Below are positions 30,670 to 40,704 of a stretch of 64,000 nt of DNA, piece by piece. Location: IMG/VR virus record IMGVR_UViG_3300037067_021792; one strand, 5' to 3'. A program made the position numbers and the translations under genes. The notes beneath the pieces are model-generated. The model ran no database searches. It was not told the origin of the DNA and worked only from the letters and a program-made list of their open reading frames with translations. Source of the stretch: a virus (Duplodnaviria > Caudoviricetes). Position 1 is the first letter of the stretch, and each line of letters opens with the position of its first letter.

Positions 30670-32049
30670 ATGTCTGAACGAGCTTTGCTTGGAACACCGC
30701 CCGTTTCGTTTAACGAAGTAATTAAAGAAGACACGACTATAGAATATGCAATGGTTGTCAAGGCCATTTGTGAACAATATGGGATTAAACCGCAGGATTT
30801 GAGACAAATTACCTACACGTATACTACATGGGATGTCAAGAGCGAGAGCAAGATAAGACATATTCGTCAGGTTCCTCACAAAATTTATATCCCAGAATCC
30901 CTAGCACCTAATACCAGGGATGAAAATGAGACTCCGGTTCTAAACTTAACCATGTCTCCAAATCCGACATTAGATGACCCATATGATGCCGGAATACACG
31001 AATATGAAATTAATGCCAACAGGGGCAAAATTCGAATGTGGAGATGGAGAGGATTCCGTAATTATGCGCCTCTGGGAAGCTACGTGGAATTTGTTGAGCA
31101 TTGCAATTTGAAGAAGTTTTATCGATTTATTTTAGAGAGCCAAAATGATATTCCAGATGCCCTTCAACCTGTTCTAGAGCCTGAAAAATTACGAGATATT
31201 TATGCGAATAGTATCGGGTTTCTTGAACGAGGCCAGTCGATGCTTAAGACATATAAAGAGCACAATATACCCTGCAAGAGAGGATTGCTATTAGCCGGAT
31301 GTCCCGGCGGGGGAAAAACGTATACTTGCAAGTGGCTGCGACAATTATGTGTTAGGAAAGGATTTGATTATAAAGTTGTTACTTTCGAGGATTACCGTAA
31401 TGCTTTGTCTCGTGGCACTGTTAGTAGCTTATTTAGGTTAGCTCCAGGAGAATGGGGTATTATCTTTTTTGATGACATGGAAATGGCCTTACAGCCTAAA
31501 AGCTCGGGAAATACTCATGTTAACACATTCTTAACTGAACTAGATGGAATCGAGCCCACAGAGGGTATAGTATATATATTTACATCTAACCAAATAGAAG
31601 ATCTCGATACAGCTTTTGTTCGTCCTGGTCGTATTGACGTATTTATGATTTTTCAAGCACCAAATAAAAAATTAAGAAGAGTATATATTGAGAATCGTTT
31701 TCACGCCGATTTGCTAAAAACATTAGGTGCTAACATTGCGAACAAAGACGATGAAATTATTAAAGATATTATAAATAGGACCGAAAGCTATACATTTGCC
31801 GAAATCGAGGAAGTGCGTAAATTGATGACTATTGATTTTTTGGATGGAAAAGAAGTTAGTGTAGAAAAAACCTTTAAATTATTTGAAAAACATCGGCAGG
31901 AATTTGCAGATCGGCTTAAATTCGGGTTTGGAAAAATGGGCGAAAGCGCAGATGATTATGACGGAGACTGCGGAGAAGATTGGGCGTCCGAATTTGTTCT
32001 TCCGCCGCCATATAGTCCTGTTGACCTTCTTCGCCGGAGGATGACGTGA
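30670..32049 (+). CDS. AAA+ ATPase
   Basis: KRGLLLAGCPGGGKT, IFFDD, FLTELDG, TSN..LDTAFVRPGRID. Confidence 0.9.
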   Translation: MSERALLGTPPVSFNEVIKEDTTIEYAMVVKAICEQYGIKPQDLRQITYTYTTWDVKSESKIRHIRQVPHKIYIPESLAPNTRDENETPVLNLTMSPNPTLDDPYDAGIHEYEINANRGKIRMWRWRGFRNYAPLGSYVEFVEHCNLKKFYRFILESQNDIPDALQPVLEPEKLRDIYANSIGFLERGQSMLKTYKEHNIPCKRGLLLAGCPGGGKTYTCKWLRQLCVRKGFDYKVVTFEDYRNALSRGTVSSLFRLAPGEWGIIFFDDMEMALQPKSSGNTHVNTFLTELDGIEPTEGIVYIFTSNQIEDLDTAFVRPGRIDVFMIFQAPNKKLRRVYIENRFHADLLKTLGANIANKDDEIIKDIINRTESYTFAEIEEVRKLMTIDFLDGKEVSVEKTFKLFEKHRQEFADRLKFGFGKMGESADDYDGDCGEDWASEFVLPPPYSPVDLLRRRMT

Positions 32050-32357
32050 ACAGAGAAATTTTTGAAGTCGGAAAGCAACCATGTGACAATTTCAATCCCA
32101 GCGACTCGTGCTATCCGGGTGGTGGGAATCTACATGAGTGTCCAGGCTGTTGTGGTTGTAGATCGTGGTGCCAGAATTGCAATAAAGATCATCATTCTGA
32201 AGGATGGGATTTGTGCGGAAGCAACACGAAGCATGCACTGCGGGCAATTGTGGCACGTATTAAAGGCGAATTCGACAATCCCGAGTTAATGTTGTTTGGC
32301 CCACTGAGCACAGATACCGTAAAAGACATTCTGAACATTGCCCTTAGCGCAGAATGA
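32046..32357 (+). CDS. Cys/His-rich hypothetical protein
   Basis: ORF coupled to the AAA gene. Confidence 0.55.
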   Translation: MNREIFEVGKQPCDNFNPSDSCYPGGGNLHECPGCCGCRSWCQNCNKDHHSEGWDLCGSNTKHALRAIVARIKGEFDNPELMLFGPLSTDTVKDILNIALSAE

Positions 32358-32407
32358 CCATCTTTGGTTCCCAAGTCTGTGATGGGGATTCCTAGCACCT
32401 AATATAA

Positions 32408-32475
32408 CGCACCCAGTAGGAGTCGAACCTACTTTGACAGAGTTAGAATCTGCTAGCTCCCACGAGCATAGGTGC
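32408..32475 (-). tRNA. Amber-suppressor tRNA (anticodon CUA) with tRNA-Pyl-like compact architecture; CCA not encoded
   Basis: GCACCTA-T-GCTC-GTGG-GAGC-TA-GCAGA-TTCTAAC-TCTGT-CAAA-GTAGG-TTCGACT-CCTAC-TGGGTGC-G; all four stems pair. Confidence 0.85.
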
Positions 32476-32507
32476 AAAAATGGCCGTGAATTTTAATTTC
32501 GCGGCCA
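32476..32507 (-). terminator. Intrinsic terminator after hsp20, directly abutting the tRNA 5' end
   Basis: TGGCCGCGAA/TTCACGGCCA stem followed by TTTTT on minus strand. Confidence 0.7.
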
Positions 32508-32516
32508 TTAACTTAA

Positions 32517-32960
32517 TCAGTCTGTCTTGACCGGAATTTGTTTCCGGTCAGAACCATTTGCAATCTTAGGGCAAGTTACCGATAGGACTCCATCTCGGAG
32601 CGATGCAGATATCTGGTCTTTGTCTACATTAGGCATGTAGTAAGACCTTGTGCTCTTGCCATAATATCGCTCTTTGTGTCGAGATTGTCCTTCCTCGTTA
32701 TCCTTTCTGGTTTCAGATGTAATAGTTAAAGTATTATCGCCATATTCGACTTTTATGTCTGTTTCCTTTGTGCCTGGTACTTCGGCTTTGACTGTGAACG
32801 AACGGTCACTTTCACTAAAGTCTGAAACAATACTAGTAGTTGGCCAATTCCAGTCCGGCCATCCCAGCATTATATCAGCAAGACCCCGCTCAAAAACAAA
32901 TCCGAACGGGTCATACGAACTAAAGATACCAAGCCTTTGCTTTTTGGATAACTCATTCAT
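32517..32960 (-). CDS. Small heat shock protein Hsp20
   Basis: AEVPG..DIKV..LTI..ERYYG..R..ASLRDGVLSV..PK. Confidence 0.92.
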   Translation of the reverse strand: MNELSKKQRLGIFSSYDPFGFVFERGLADIMLGWPDWNWPTTSIVSDFSESDRSFTVKAEVPGTKETDIKVEYGDNTLTITSETRKDNEEGQSRHKERYYGKSTRSYYMPNVDKDQISASLRDGVLSVTCPKIANGSDRKQIPVKTD

Positions 32961-32987
32961 TTGTTTTCTCCTTTCTTTGTGTGAATT

Positions 32988-34616
32988 TTACATGCCGTCC
33001 ATTTGTGGATGTTTGTCATTCTCTTCTTTGGGCACATCGGCGACTACAACGTTTGTAGTCAAAAGCAAGCCACCGATACTCGCTGCATTTTGTAGGGCAC
33101 ATCGTTCTACTTTAACTGGCACCAATACACCCATCGAAACAAGATTTCCATATTGCCCGGTTAGGGCATTATACCCGAAATTAGGGTCAGTAGAATTTTG
33201 TACTTTCTCCAACACAATTGCGCCTTCAACGCCAGCATTAAGGGTTATCTGGCGTATTGGAGCACATAGGGCTCGCTTAACAATGTCCACGCCTGTTTTC
33301 TCGTCTAGCGTGAGAGAATTATCATTAAGTAAATCATTCAGCGCCCTTGTTGCCCTTACTGGTGCAACTCCACCACCAGGCAAAACACCTTCCTGCACGG
33401 CCGCTCGGCACGCGTGAAGGGCATCATCAATGCGGGCTTTCTTTTCCTTCATTTCTGTTTCAGTCGCAGCACCAACATTGATCTGGGCAACACCACCTGA
33501 AAGCTTTGCTAGCCGTTCTTCTAACTTCTCTTTGTCGTAATCGCTATTACTTGATTCGATAGCAGATTTAATCTGATTAATGCGCCCCTTAATTGCTTCA
33601 GGGTTACCTGCTCCATCGACAATAGTAGTATCATCCTTGGTGATTTTGACTTTCTTGGCTGCTCCAAGAATTTCAAGTCCTAGATTTTCGAGCTTTTCAC
33701 CAAGTTCTCCAGTGATGGCTCTGGCACCAGTTAGAATGGCAATATCTTCGAGCATTGCCTTTCTACGATCGCCAAAACTAGGTGCTTTTGTGGCACAGCA
33801 TTTAAGAGTTCCACGAAGTTTATTGACAACTAGAGTTGCCAACGCTTCACCTTCGATATCCTCGGCGACAATCAGTATTGACTTATTTGCTTGTGATACT
33901 TGTTCGAGTATTTTTACGATATCTTTGACGGTTGTTAGCTTTTTGTCATACAGAAAAATGTATGGTTCTTCGAGTTCGCACTCCATTGTTTCAAGGTCAG
34001 TAGCAAAATGCGGAGATTTATATCCTTTATCAAATTGCATTCCTTCAACTAGCTCTACATATGTATCAACTGTTGTGCCTTCTTCGATAGTAATAACACC
34101 GTCTTTCCCGACTTTATCCATAGCTTCTGCAATTTGCTCACCAATGGCTGCATCCTGGTTGGCTGCACTGGTTCCAACCTGCGCTATTTGTTTTGTGTCG
34201 GTTACGTCAATTTTCATTTTCTTAAATTCTTCGACAACAACTTCGACTGCCTTGTCGATACCTCGTTTAAGGCTCATTGAATCAGCGCCAGCTACAACGT
34301 TCTTGAGCCCTTCCTCAAATATCGCTTCTGCATAAATCGTAGCAGTTGTTGTTCCGTCGCCCGCAGTATTGGAAGTTTTATTGGCAACCTCTTTGACCAT
34401 TTGGGCACCAACATCCTCGTAAGGATCTTTTAGATCAATTTCGTTAGCTACGGTTACACCATCTTTGGTGATAACAGGTGTGCCGAAGTCTTTCTTGATG
34501 ATTACATTGCGGCCACGAGGCCCTAGAGTTTCTTTGACTGCCCGAGCAAGTTTCTTTACACCATTACGAATGGACTCTCTGGCTTGTTGATCATAAAGCA
34601 TTTCTTTTGCGCTCAT
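32988..34616 (-). CDS. groL: Chaperonin GroEL
   Basis: [36 protein letters not shown]. Confidence 0.98.
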   Translation of the reverse strand: MSAKEMLYDQQARESIRNGVKKLARAVKETLGPRGRNVIIKKDFGTPVITKDGVTVANEIDLKDPYEDVGAQMVKEVANKTSNTAGDGTTTATIYAEAIFEEGLKNVVAGADSMSLKRGIDKAVEVVVEEFKKMKIDVTDTKQIAQVGTSAANQDAAIGEQIAEAMDKVGKDGVITIEEGTTVDTYVELVEGMQFDKGYKSPHFATDLETMECELEEPYIFLYDKKLTTVKDIVKILEQVSQANKSILIVAEDIEGEALATLVVNKLRGTLKCCATKAPSFGDRRKAMLEDIAILTGARAITGELGEKLENLGLEILGAAKKVKITKDDTTIVDGAGNPEAIKGRINQIKSAIESSNSDYDKEKLEERLAKLSGGVAQINVGAATETEMKEKKARIDDALHACRAAVQEGVLPGGGVAPVRATRALNDLLNDNSLTLDEKTGVDIVKRALCAPIRQITLNAGVEGAIVLEKVQNSTDPNFGYNALTGQYGNLVSMGVLVPVKVERCALQNAASIGGLLLTTNVVVADVPKEENDKHPQMDGM

Positions 34617-34629
34617 TCATTTTCTCCTT

Positions 34630-34944
34630 TTACTCTTTGACTACACAGAAAATTTCGTTTTCGCTTAGTAGTAGATATTTTTCACCGCAACATTCGAATT
34701 CATTTCCGGAGTATTTGGCAAAAACAACCTTATCGCCGGGTTGTAGCACTAATTTTGTTATCGTGCCATCAGAATTTAGAATCCCTTCGCCAACTGCCAA
34801 CACAGTTCCAACAACTGGCCTCTCTTTGGCATCATCTGGTAGATATAGCCCACCTTCTGTTTTTTGAGGCTCCTCGTCTCGCTTGACTACAATTTTGTCT
34901 CGAATTGGTTGCAACTTGCAATTACATTTACACTGATTTTCCAT
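34630..34944 (-). CDS. groS: Co-chaperonin GroES
   Basis: LQPIRDKIVV, KTEGGLYLPD.AKERP, GDKVVFAKYSG. Confidence 0.95.
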   Translation of the reverse strand: MENQCKCNCKLQPIRDKIVVKRDEEPQKTEGGLYLPDDAKERPVVGTVLAVGEGILNSDGTITKLVLQPGDKVVFAKYSGNEFECCGEKYLLLSENEIFCVVKE

Positions 34945-34959
34945 CTTGCTTTTCTCCTT

Positions 34960-35472
34960 TTATCTGAACATGATGAATTTGTGTGTTGATTTAAAATCGT
35001 TCCAAAGTTTTTTGACTCCACTATTATCGGAATATGCCCGAAACACATCCATAATAATAGCGTGAGTTCGTTCTGCTGCTTGTGACAATTCCATTAATAA
35101 TTGTATATCACTTAACCTGATATGTTTAATAGAGTTACAACTTAAAATAAGTAGATGATCACCGGGAAAAAATTCGTTGTGCTGATGTTTGAAATTTTCT
35201 TTTTGATGTCCGGGGGTGATAACGATAGCACTTCTTTCGTGGGCAATTAAATGTGTTAATAAAGTTGAACCAGTTCCCCTTGGAATTTGGAATTGCAAAG
35301 TTTGTTCATCTTCTACTATATATTCTGAAAGTGGCTTATAATCATCCAGGAAGCTGTCAATAACATTTTTAATATGCACGAGAAACGGGGATACTTCTGA
35401 TAGGTTGGGGAAATTCTGATATGAGTTTTCTTTATCTGTCATTTGGGACATCTCCCACAAATCTGCGGACAT
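34960..35472 (-). CDS. Hypothetical protein, possibly a degenerate P-loop
   Basis: PRGTGST motif; TTGAAA..TATAAT promoter upstream on minus strand. Confidence 0.55.
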   Translation of the reverse strand: MSADLWEMSQMTDKENSYQNFPNLSEVSPFLVHIKNVIDSFLDDYKPLSEYIVEDEQTLQFQIPRGTGSTLLTHLIAHERSAIVITPGHQKENFKHQHNEFFPGDHLLILSCNSIKHIRLSDIQLLMELSQAAERTHAIIMDVFRAYSDNSGVKKLWNDFKSTHKFIMFR

Positions 35473-35524
35473 CTCCGCTTCTGCAATATTATACAGCGTA
35501 TTTTTGATTTTTCAAGAAAATTTC

Positions 35525-35552
35525 TTGACATCTGCCAGAAACCCGATATACT
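35525..35552 (+). promoter_or_regulatory. sigma70-type promoter
   Basis: TTGACA-16-TATACT. Confidence 0.75.
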
Positions 35553-35584
35553 GTGGTACCGAATGGGACAGGATTGGAGAAATC

Positions 35585-36127
35585 GTGTCGATATCAGTTC
35601 AAAAACCAAAGAAGTGTGCTTGCCCAGAAATTGGTGAAATTCTTTATGGGCAGGAGTATATCAGTCGAATTGAATTTCCGACTAAGTTGTTAGATGGAAA
35701 GAGATTAGTAATACCGGAGTATGGTTACGGATGGGACGGGATTAAACATCTCAACATCGATGCCTGTAATCTACCTTCCGAAGTAAAATATGAGTGTCCG
35801 TGGACTCATAATAAATTTAATTGGATATATCCCATTGGGATTATTACAAGCGATGAGACTCGTTACGGGTATGATCATGATGCAGAGAATATATGGGAAG
35901 GAAAACCCTGGCAGTGTCCTGAAATCTGTGAAGATAAAGAATGTGAAGTTGGATATACTGGCATATCGGGATTTTTAACGAGTTCATTATATCTCTCATT
36001 TGTGGGACATGGATATACGGAATTTACTTTGCCGCATGATGGAAGTAGAGATTTGGTACTAGCTACCGTGCCATTAGATAATGGCGATGAGCTGCTATGC
36101 TTGTGCTGGATTTGGTACAACAAATAG
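35585..36127 (+). CDS. Hypothetical protein
   Basis: GGAG RBS before GTG 35585; ends TAG. Confidence 0.6.
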   Translation: MSISVQKPKKCACPEIGEILYGQEYISRIEFPTKLLDGKRLVIPEYGYGWDGIKHLNIDACNLPSEVKYECPWTHNKFNWIYPIGIITSDETRYGYDHDAENIWEGKPWQCPEICEDKECEVGYTGISGFLTSSLYLSFVGHGYTEFTLPHDGSRDLVLATVPLDNGDELLCLCWIWYNK

Positions 36128-36306
36128 ATGATGAAGAAAAACAAAAAGAATTTTAATGCTGATGAAGTTCTTAAAAGAACAGACGAAGAAACTCAGCTAG
36201 AGCTGCTTGATATGCTAATGGTGATGTATCCAGATGAATTAGAAGCAGCATTAGATGTTTATAATGGTGATGATCCTTTTCTCAGACGATTAGCGAGGTC
36301 AGTGGA

Positions 36307-36711
36307 ATGAGCCTAAAAGACGAATTGCAATCTCAAATTTATAATGCGCAGCGGAAGCTGGCACTATTAGAGCAATTTCCTGATTTGCATAAATATTCCG
36401 GAAGATGGGATAAATATTTGTGTAGTGAATTGGTCAATCCAATTGCTACTGGCGTTGACTTCGTTCATAGTTGCGGATGTTGCTCTGATGCTGTTTTATA
36501 TGCAATGCCCTATGTTGAAGTTGCTAAAGAACGGATTTATTCTGATCCCGCTCAAATTGCGATAGGTGAAAAATCTCCCAATGGGGGTGAAAGGTCCTGG
36601 CACAATTGGGCGGAAAAAATTAAGGATCATGGCTTACCCGGTGCGATTATTGAACAAATCAAGAAAATGTTCGAAGAAAATCAAGAAAGAGATGAAGAAG
36701 ATGACTTGTGA
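36307..36711 (+). CDS. Hypothetical protein (HSCGCC motif)
   Basis: ORF in operon. Confidence 0.55.
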   Translation: MSLKDELQSQIYNAQRKLALLEQFPDLHKYSGRWDKYLCSELVNPIATGVDFVHSCGCCSDAVLYAMPYVEVAKERIYSDPAQIAIGEKSPNGGERSWHNWAEKIKDHGLPGAIIEQIKKMFEENQERDEEDDL

Positions 36712-36950
36712 TGAGCAACTTAATAAATGGCTTGCAGGAAATTCGGTTCACAATAACGATGGGTGTGACGAATGTTGTCCGGATTTTTCTTGTTGTCGGC
36801 CCGAGCTTTTAGCACCACTAGAAGAAAGGGAACATTTTGTGGTATCCAATGACTTAGAACGACAGCGTATGTTAATGATGTTTTTGGGTCGATTAATCTC
36901 AACTTCACCTAATAAAGTACATATCACTGGACCAGACAGAGAAGCGGAAG

Positions 36951-37431
36951 ATGAATAGTCGATATCTTGGAGAATGGCAAATATGGGAATGTTGTTATTG
37001 CCAATCTAAGAACTATGTTTACGATTATTTTAGCGGAGATGTAACAAGTGGCGAAGATACCGAAGCAATTAGATGCTGGAAGTGCGGGAAAGCAAGTTTT
37101 GTTGGCGACTCAGATGAGATGCGTGAGATGATAATTGATTTGCCAGACTCTCCGGACGAATGTTTGGGGTTGAAAGATGGCAAGGAGTTTCCGGATGGTT
37201 AGCCAATACTGTGGATCGTGGCATATGTTTAAATGCTGCCATTGCCAGTCAATTAATTATGTCGAAGATTATGATAACGAAGATGGAGAGGATATTAGGG
37301 CTATTAAATGCTGGAAATGTCAGAAAACAAGCTTTGTGAGTGAAATAAGTGAAATACTAATTGAGGCAGGCTTATATAAATCGCCAGATAATTGTTGTGT
37401 GGATGGTTCGGAGTTTCCGAAAAATGTCTGA
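36951..37431 (+). other. Two tandem paralogous zinc-ribbon ORFs (36951-37202 and about 37195-37431)
   Basis: Both W..CCxCQSxNYV...AIxCWKCxKxSFV...SPD.C..DG.EFP. Confidence 0.7.
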
Positions 37432-37884
37432 TATCAATTACTATGACTGTTTTCCGCCCGATAAAACAATTCTAATGTATTAATGTCCTATTTGCACAGG
37501 TAATTTTGAGCAAACATTGATTGATGCACTTGATAATGGTAAACTTAAATGCGATCTTGGTTGTGATTGTGAACTAGATCTTTTAGAAGTCAGGATTCAA
37601 CATGTCTAATCTTGATAAACTTCCCAAAGATGCCATTGAGGGATTATCTCATTGGTTTCAAACATATGGCAGGCGATTTAAAAGCGAAATTCTGGATGGT
37701 TGGAATAGAAATGTTGAAATGGGAGACTATCGAATTCAGATGGTGAGAAATATTATTGGTCCGTCCGGATTAATGTCTATATCTAGCACTAAATTAATTA
37801 AAACTGGAATATTATGTAAATGTTCGTCGTGTGTTACGGGTCGCGAACGAGATGAAATTTTTCGAAGATTAAAGGAAATTCAAA

Positions 37885-38388
37885 ATGAGCATTCAGGTTA
37901 AATCGGGTTCTGCGACCAACCTAGAGCCCCATGTAATTCTTGGACACGTTTGTAACTCTGCCGGAGGATGGGGAGCTGGCTTTGTTTTATCGGTAAACAA
38001 TATTTCATCTGTTCCGAAAGCAGCATATAAAGCTCTATACCAAGATAATCAACTCTCATTAGGATTTACTCAATTCGTTGAAATTAAGCCCACAATTTTT
38101 GTTGCTAATATGATCGCTCAGGATGGATATGCCCGTAATCACGCTGATGGTTGTGCCTTAGATTATGAAGCATTAAAATCATGTCTTAAAACTCTTTTTG
38201 CCCGCGCAATTAAATTGGGGTACAAAGTTTATTTTCCTGCCGGTATGGGATCAACTCTAGCTGGTGGAAAAAGAGAAACGGTTCACGAAATTATTAAAGA
38301 AACAGCAGAATTAATTGAACAGAAATTCGGCGGGGAATTAGATGTAACATTGTGGGAGTTTGACCCCAAAACAGAGGACACAAAATGA
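37885..38388 (+). CDS. Macrodomain protein (ADP-ribose binding/hydrolase)
   Basis: GSAT..ILGHVCNSAGGWGAGFV..VANMIAQ..LDYEAL..GMGSTLAGG. Confidence 0.85.
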   Translation: MSIQVKSGSATNLEPHVILGHVCNSAGGWGAGFVLSVNNISSVPKAAYKALYQDNQLSLGFTQFVEIKPTIFVANMIAQDGYARNHADGCALDYEALKSCLKTLFARAIKLGYKVYFPAGMGSTLAGGKRETVHEIIKETAELIEQKFGGELDVTLWEFDPKTEDTK

Positions 38389-38695
38389 CGTTGGCAGAGA
38401 AAAAATTGCTACGGCTGACCAAGGTTAAGATGATAGGATGCACAGAGATAACCTTAAAGGATCGTGGATTTTCTGTGGGATATGCAGGCAATATGGGATC
38501 GAGCGTTAAGGATCTTAATGATGATCTAAAATTACTTACCGGTCTTAAAGATAGTGTTAATTTTTGGAAAAATCACGAAATGATTAAATCGTTTAAAGAA
38601 ACGGGAGATTATGGTTATTATTACAGTATCACTTTTTATCTAAAAAATAGAGGGAAGAAGACTAGCACTAAATAAGAATTTTTCTGCAAATCTAC

Positions 38696-38723
38696 TTGAC
38701 TTCCCTCAGGTCTGTGGTATAGT
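38696..38723 (+). promoter_or_regulatory. sigma70-type promoter
   Basis: TTGACT-16-TATAGT. Confidence 0.7.
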
Positions 38724-38762
38724 AGTGGTAGACGAACAAGTCTTTGAGAAAAGGAACAAAAA

Positions 38763-39389
38763 ATGGCCAAGAGCAAAGCACTTGACTTACTGAATCAGGC
38801 TTCAACTGCCAAGTCAGCAACAAGCAAGAAATCCAGCATTCCATCTTGCAAGGCTTCACCTGCAATTGAAGCAGCAATGGCAGATTTTGCCACTGCCAAA
38901 ACAGATGAAGATAACGCGAAGGCTCGGCGGGCCGATGCGGAGTCAAGAATGGTCGGTGAATCTCAACGATTGCGGCTGGAGCACTGCAAGAAAGATGGCA
39001 CTCTTTATAATTCTATTAAGCTGGCAGGATCAACAAATACTCTGACTTTTACCCAAAAGAATCAATGTAAGAAGATTTCTACCGCAGATTGTGAACCCAA
39101 GATTCGCTCAATTGTTGGGAATGATGATATATTTGATAAATATTTTGATGTTAAAAATAGTTATGCCATTGATGTTGATGCCCTAATGGCACTACCTGAT
39201 GCAGACGAAATTGCGGCTGCTTTGGCGACTGCTTTGGGCAACAATTCGCATATCCTAAAGCACGAATCTGTTATTGTTCCGAAGGAAGACTTTTATCATG
39301 ACAGGATTTTTGATAAGAATACTGAACGGATGGCAGTTGCCCTAGAAAATGATGGGCTAGTTGTCCCGTTTAAGCCATCATTTAAGTAG
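38763..39389 (+). CDS. Hypothetical protein, monocistronic
   Basis: Own promoter, RBS and terminator. Confidence 0.7.
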   Translation: MAKSKALDLLNQASTAKSATSKKSSIPSCKASPAIEAAMADFATAKTDEDNAKARRADAESRMVGESQRLRLEHCKKDGTLYNSIKLAGSTNTLTFTQKNQCKKISTADCEPKIRSIVGNDDIFDKYFDVKNSYAIDVDALMALPDADEIAAALATALGNNSHILKHESVIVPKEDFYHDRIFDKNTERMAVALENDGLVVPFKPSFK

Positions 39390-39397
39390 ATCAACAA

Positions 39398-39436
39398 ATG
39401 AGCAATCTGTCCTAGGGCAGATTGCTCATAGTTTTT
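39398..39436. terminator. Terminator between convergent genes
   Basis: ATGAGCAATCTG-N8-CAGATTGCTCAT then GTTTTT. Confidence 0.8.
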
Positions 39437-39456
39437 GTGGGTGGAGCGTTCCGAAA

Positions 39457-40029
39457 TTAATCGTTATCTACGTTTGCGCCACGATTTGTATAGGTAATCT
39501 TTGTTGTATTGGTAACTGTGGCACCACTGCTTGTATCAACAACACTAGTTGTATCGGAATATCCGTAATCGGAAGTATTGTCAACGGCGGCACCCTCATT
39601 GGTTTCTGTAACAGTGGCCTTGGCACTATTCGTAACTGTAATTGTTTTGCTGCCCTTCTTTGCGGCGCTGGTTTTCAAATTGTCAGACAATTGGGTAATG
39701 GCGTCCGGGGTTTGATACCTTTTGTCTCTGGTCTTAAAATTTGACCAACTGCTCCATGCTGCTGTGCCTTGTCTGACTTTAACCCGAAAATCAGTTCTGA
39801 AAGGCAGAATAATATGTAGGGTTGCTTCGCTTAACTTGACAACTTGGGACATTTGGGATATATCAGCATTAGATTTGATGCTTACTATTGTCTGGTGATC
39901 ATCTAGCCGCTGAATTTCATACGTAATGATTCCGCTTGTAAATCCAGAATTAATAATTGTAGCGTCTGCGTCTGTACTTCCAACTAAATCTCGATTAGGA
40001 TTATCTTGAACGCTGATTGTAATTGCCAT
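39457..40029 (-). CDS. Fn3/Ig-like putative structural protein
   Basis: YEIQ..FRVKVR..WSSWSNFKT; Thr-rich tail; class-2 promoter. Confidence 0.55.
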   Translation of the reverse strand: MAITISVQDNPNRDLVGSTDADATIINSGFTSGIITYEIQRLDDHQTIVSIKSNADISQMSQVVKLSEATLHIILPFRTDFRVKVRQGTAAWSSWSNFKTRDKRYQTPDAITQLSDNLKTSAAKKGSKTITVTNSAKATVTETNEGAAVDNTSDYGYSDTTSVVDTSSGATVTNTTKITYTNRGANVDND

Positions 40030-40063
40030 TTTTTAGCTCTCCTGTAAAATAGACATTCTAAAT

Positions 40064-40089
40064 ATTCGTCTAAATTTTACTGCCTCCTT
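40064..40089 (-). promoter_or_regulatory. sigmaH-like class-2 promoter
   Basis: AAGGA-N17-GAAT on minus strand. Confidence 0.55.
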
Positions 40090-40115
40090 TAATTTCCGCA
40101 CAAAATTTCTTTGGC

Positions 40116-40143
40116 TTGACTTTTGGCGTACTTGGAGTATAAT
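40116..40143 (+). promoter_or_regulatory. sigma70-type promoter
   Basis: TTGACT-16-TATAAT. Confidence 0.75.
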
Positions 40144-40449
40144 TGAGGCATGGCAAACAATGTCGATAGTACAGAATCTGTGGCGTTCTCCGAGAAGGAA
40201 ACCGTTAATGCACAACTCGTATTAAGGTATACCAATCAAGACTTTATAAAAAAACTCCAACTGTCCGTAAGAGGAGCATTTGTGGGTTCTTATGATTGGG
40301 GAAGAATGGATATTAAATATCTTTATTGCGAGAAATCCGTCCCGAGATTTCGTGTGAATTGGTGGGATTGGAATGGAGATAAAATATTGGTATCAAAATT
40401 TATAACTGTAACAGAAAAAGATGATGATCTATTAGTTGGAGTGAAGTAA

Positions 40450-40704
40450 ATGAGTAAACTGGACACGCTGCCCCAATGGAGTGTTATTCTAGATGGGGAT
40501 AAAAATAAAAATATTCCGGCACCTGCCCTAATCAAAAAAATATCAGATGTGCTTTTGCTGAGTCCCGACCAAATTAAGCAAAAAATCGAAGAACCTAATG
40601 CAGAATTGGTAACGACTCATTATGAAAAAGCAGAATTAATTCAATTTCTTCTGAAAAAAGTAAAGGTTAAATCGGTTCTCAAGCGACAGGAGTCTGTTCG
40701 ATGA
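40450..40704 (+). CDS. ClpS-like adaptor (degenerate)
   Basis: LPQWSVIL.. and AELVTTHYEKAEL resemble ClpS; HNDD pocket absent. Confidence 0.55.
   Translation: MSKLDTLPQWSVILDGDKNKNIPAPALIKKISDVLLLSPDQIKQKIEEPNAELVTTHYEKAELIQFLLKKVKVKSVLKRQESVR

Noticed and set aside
32674-34867. Long + strand ORFs (247, 251 and 86 aa) over hsp20/groEL/groES, and minus-strand ORFs over dnaK
   Set aside because: Antisense shadows of conserved genes
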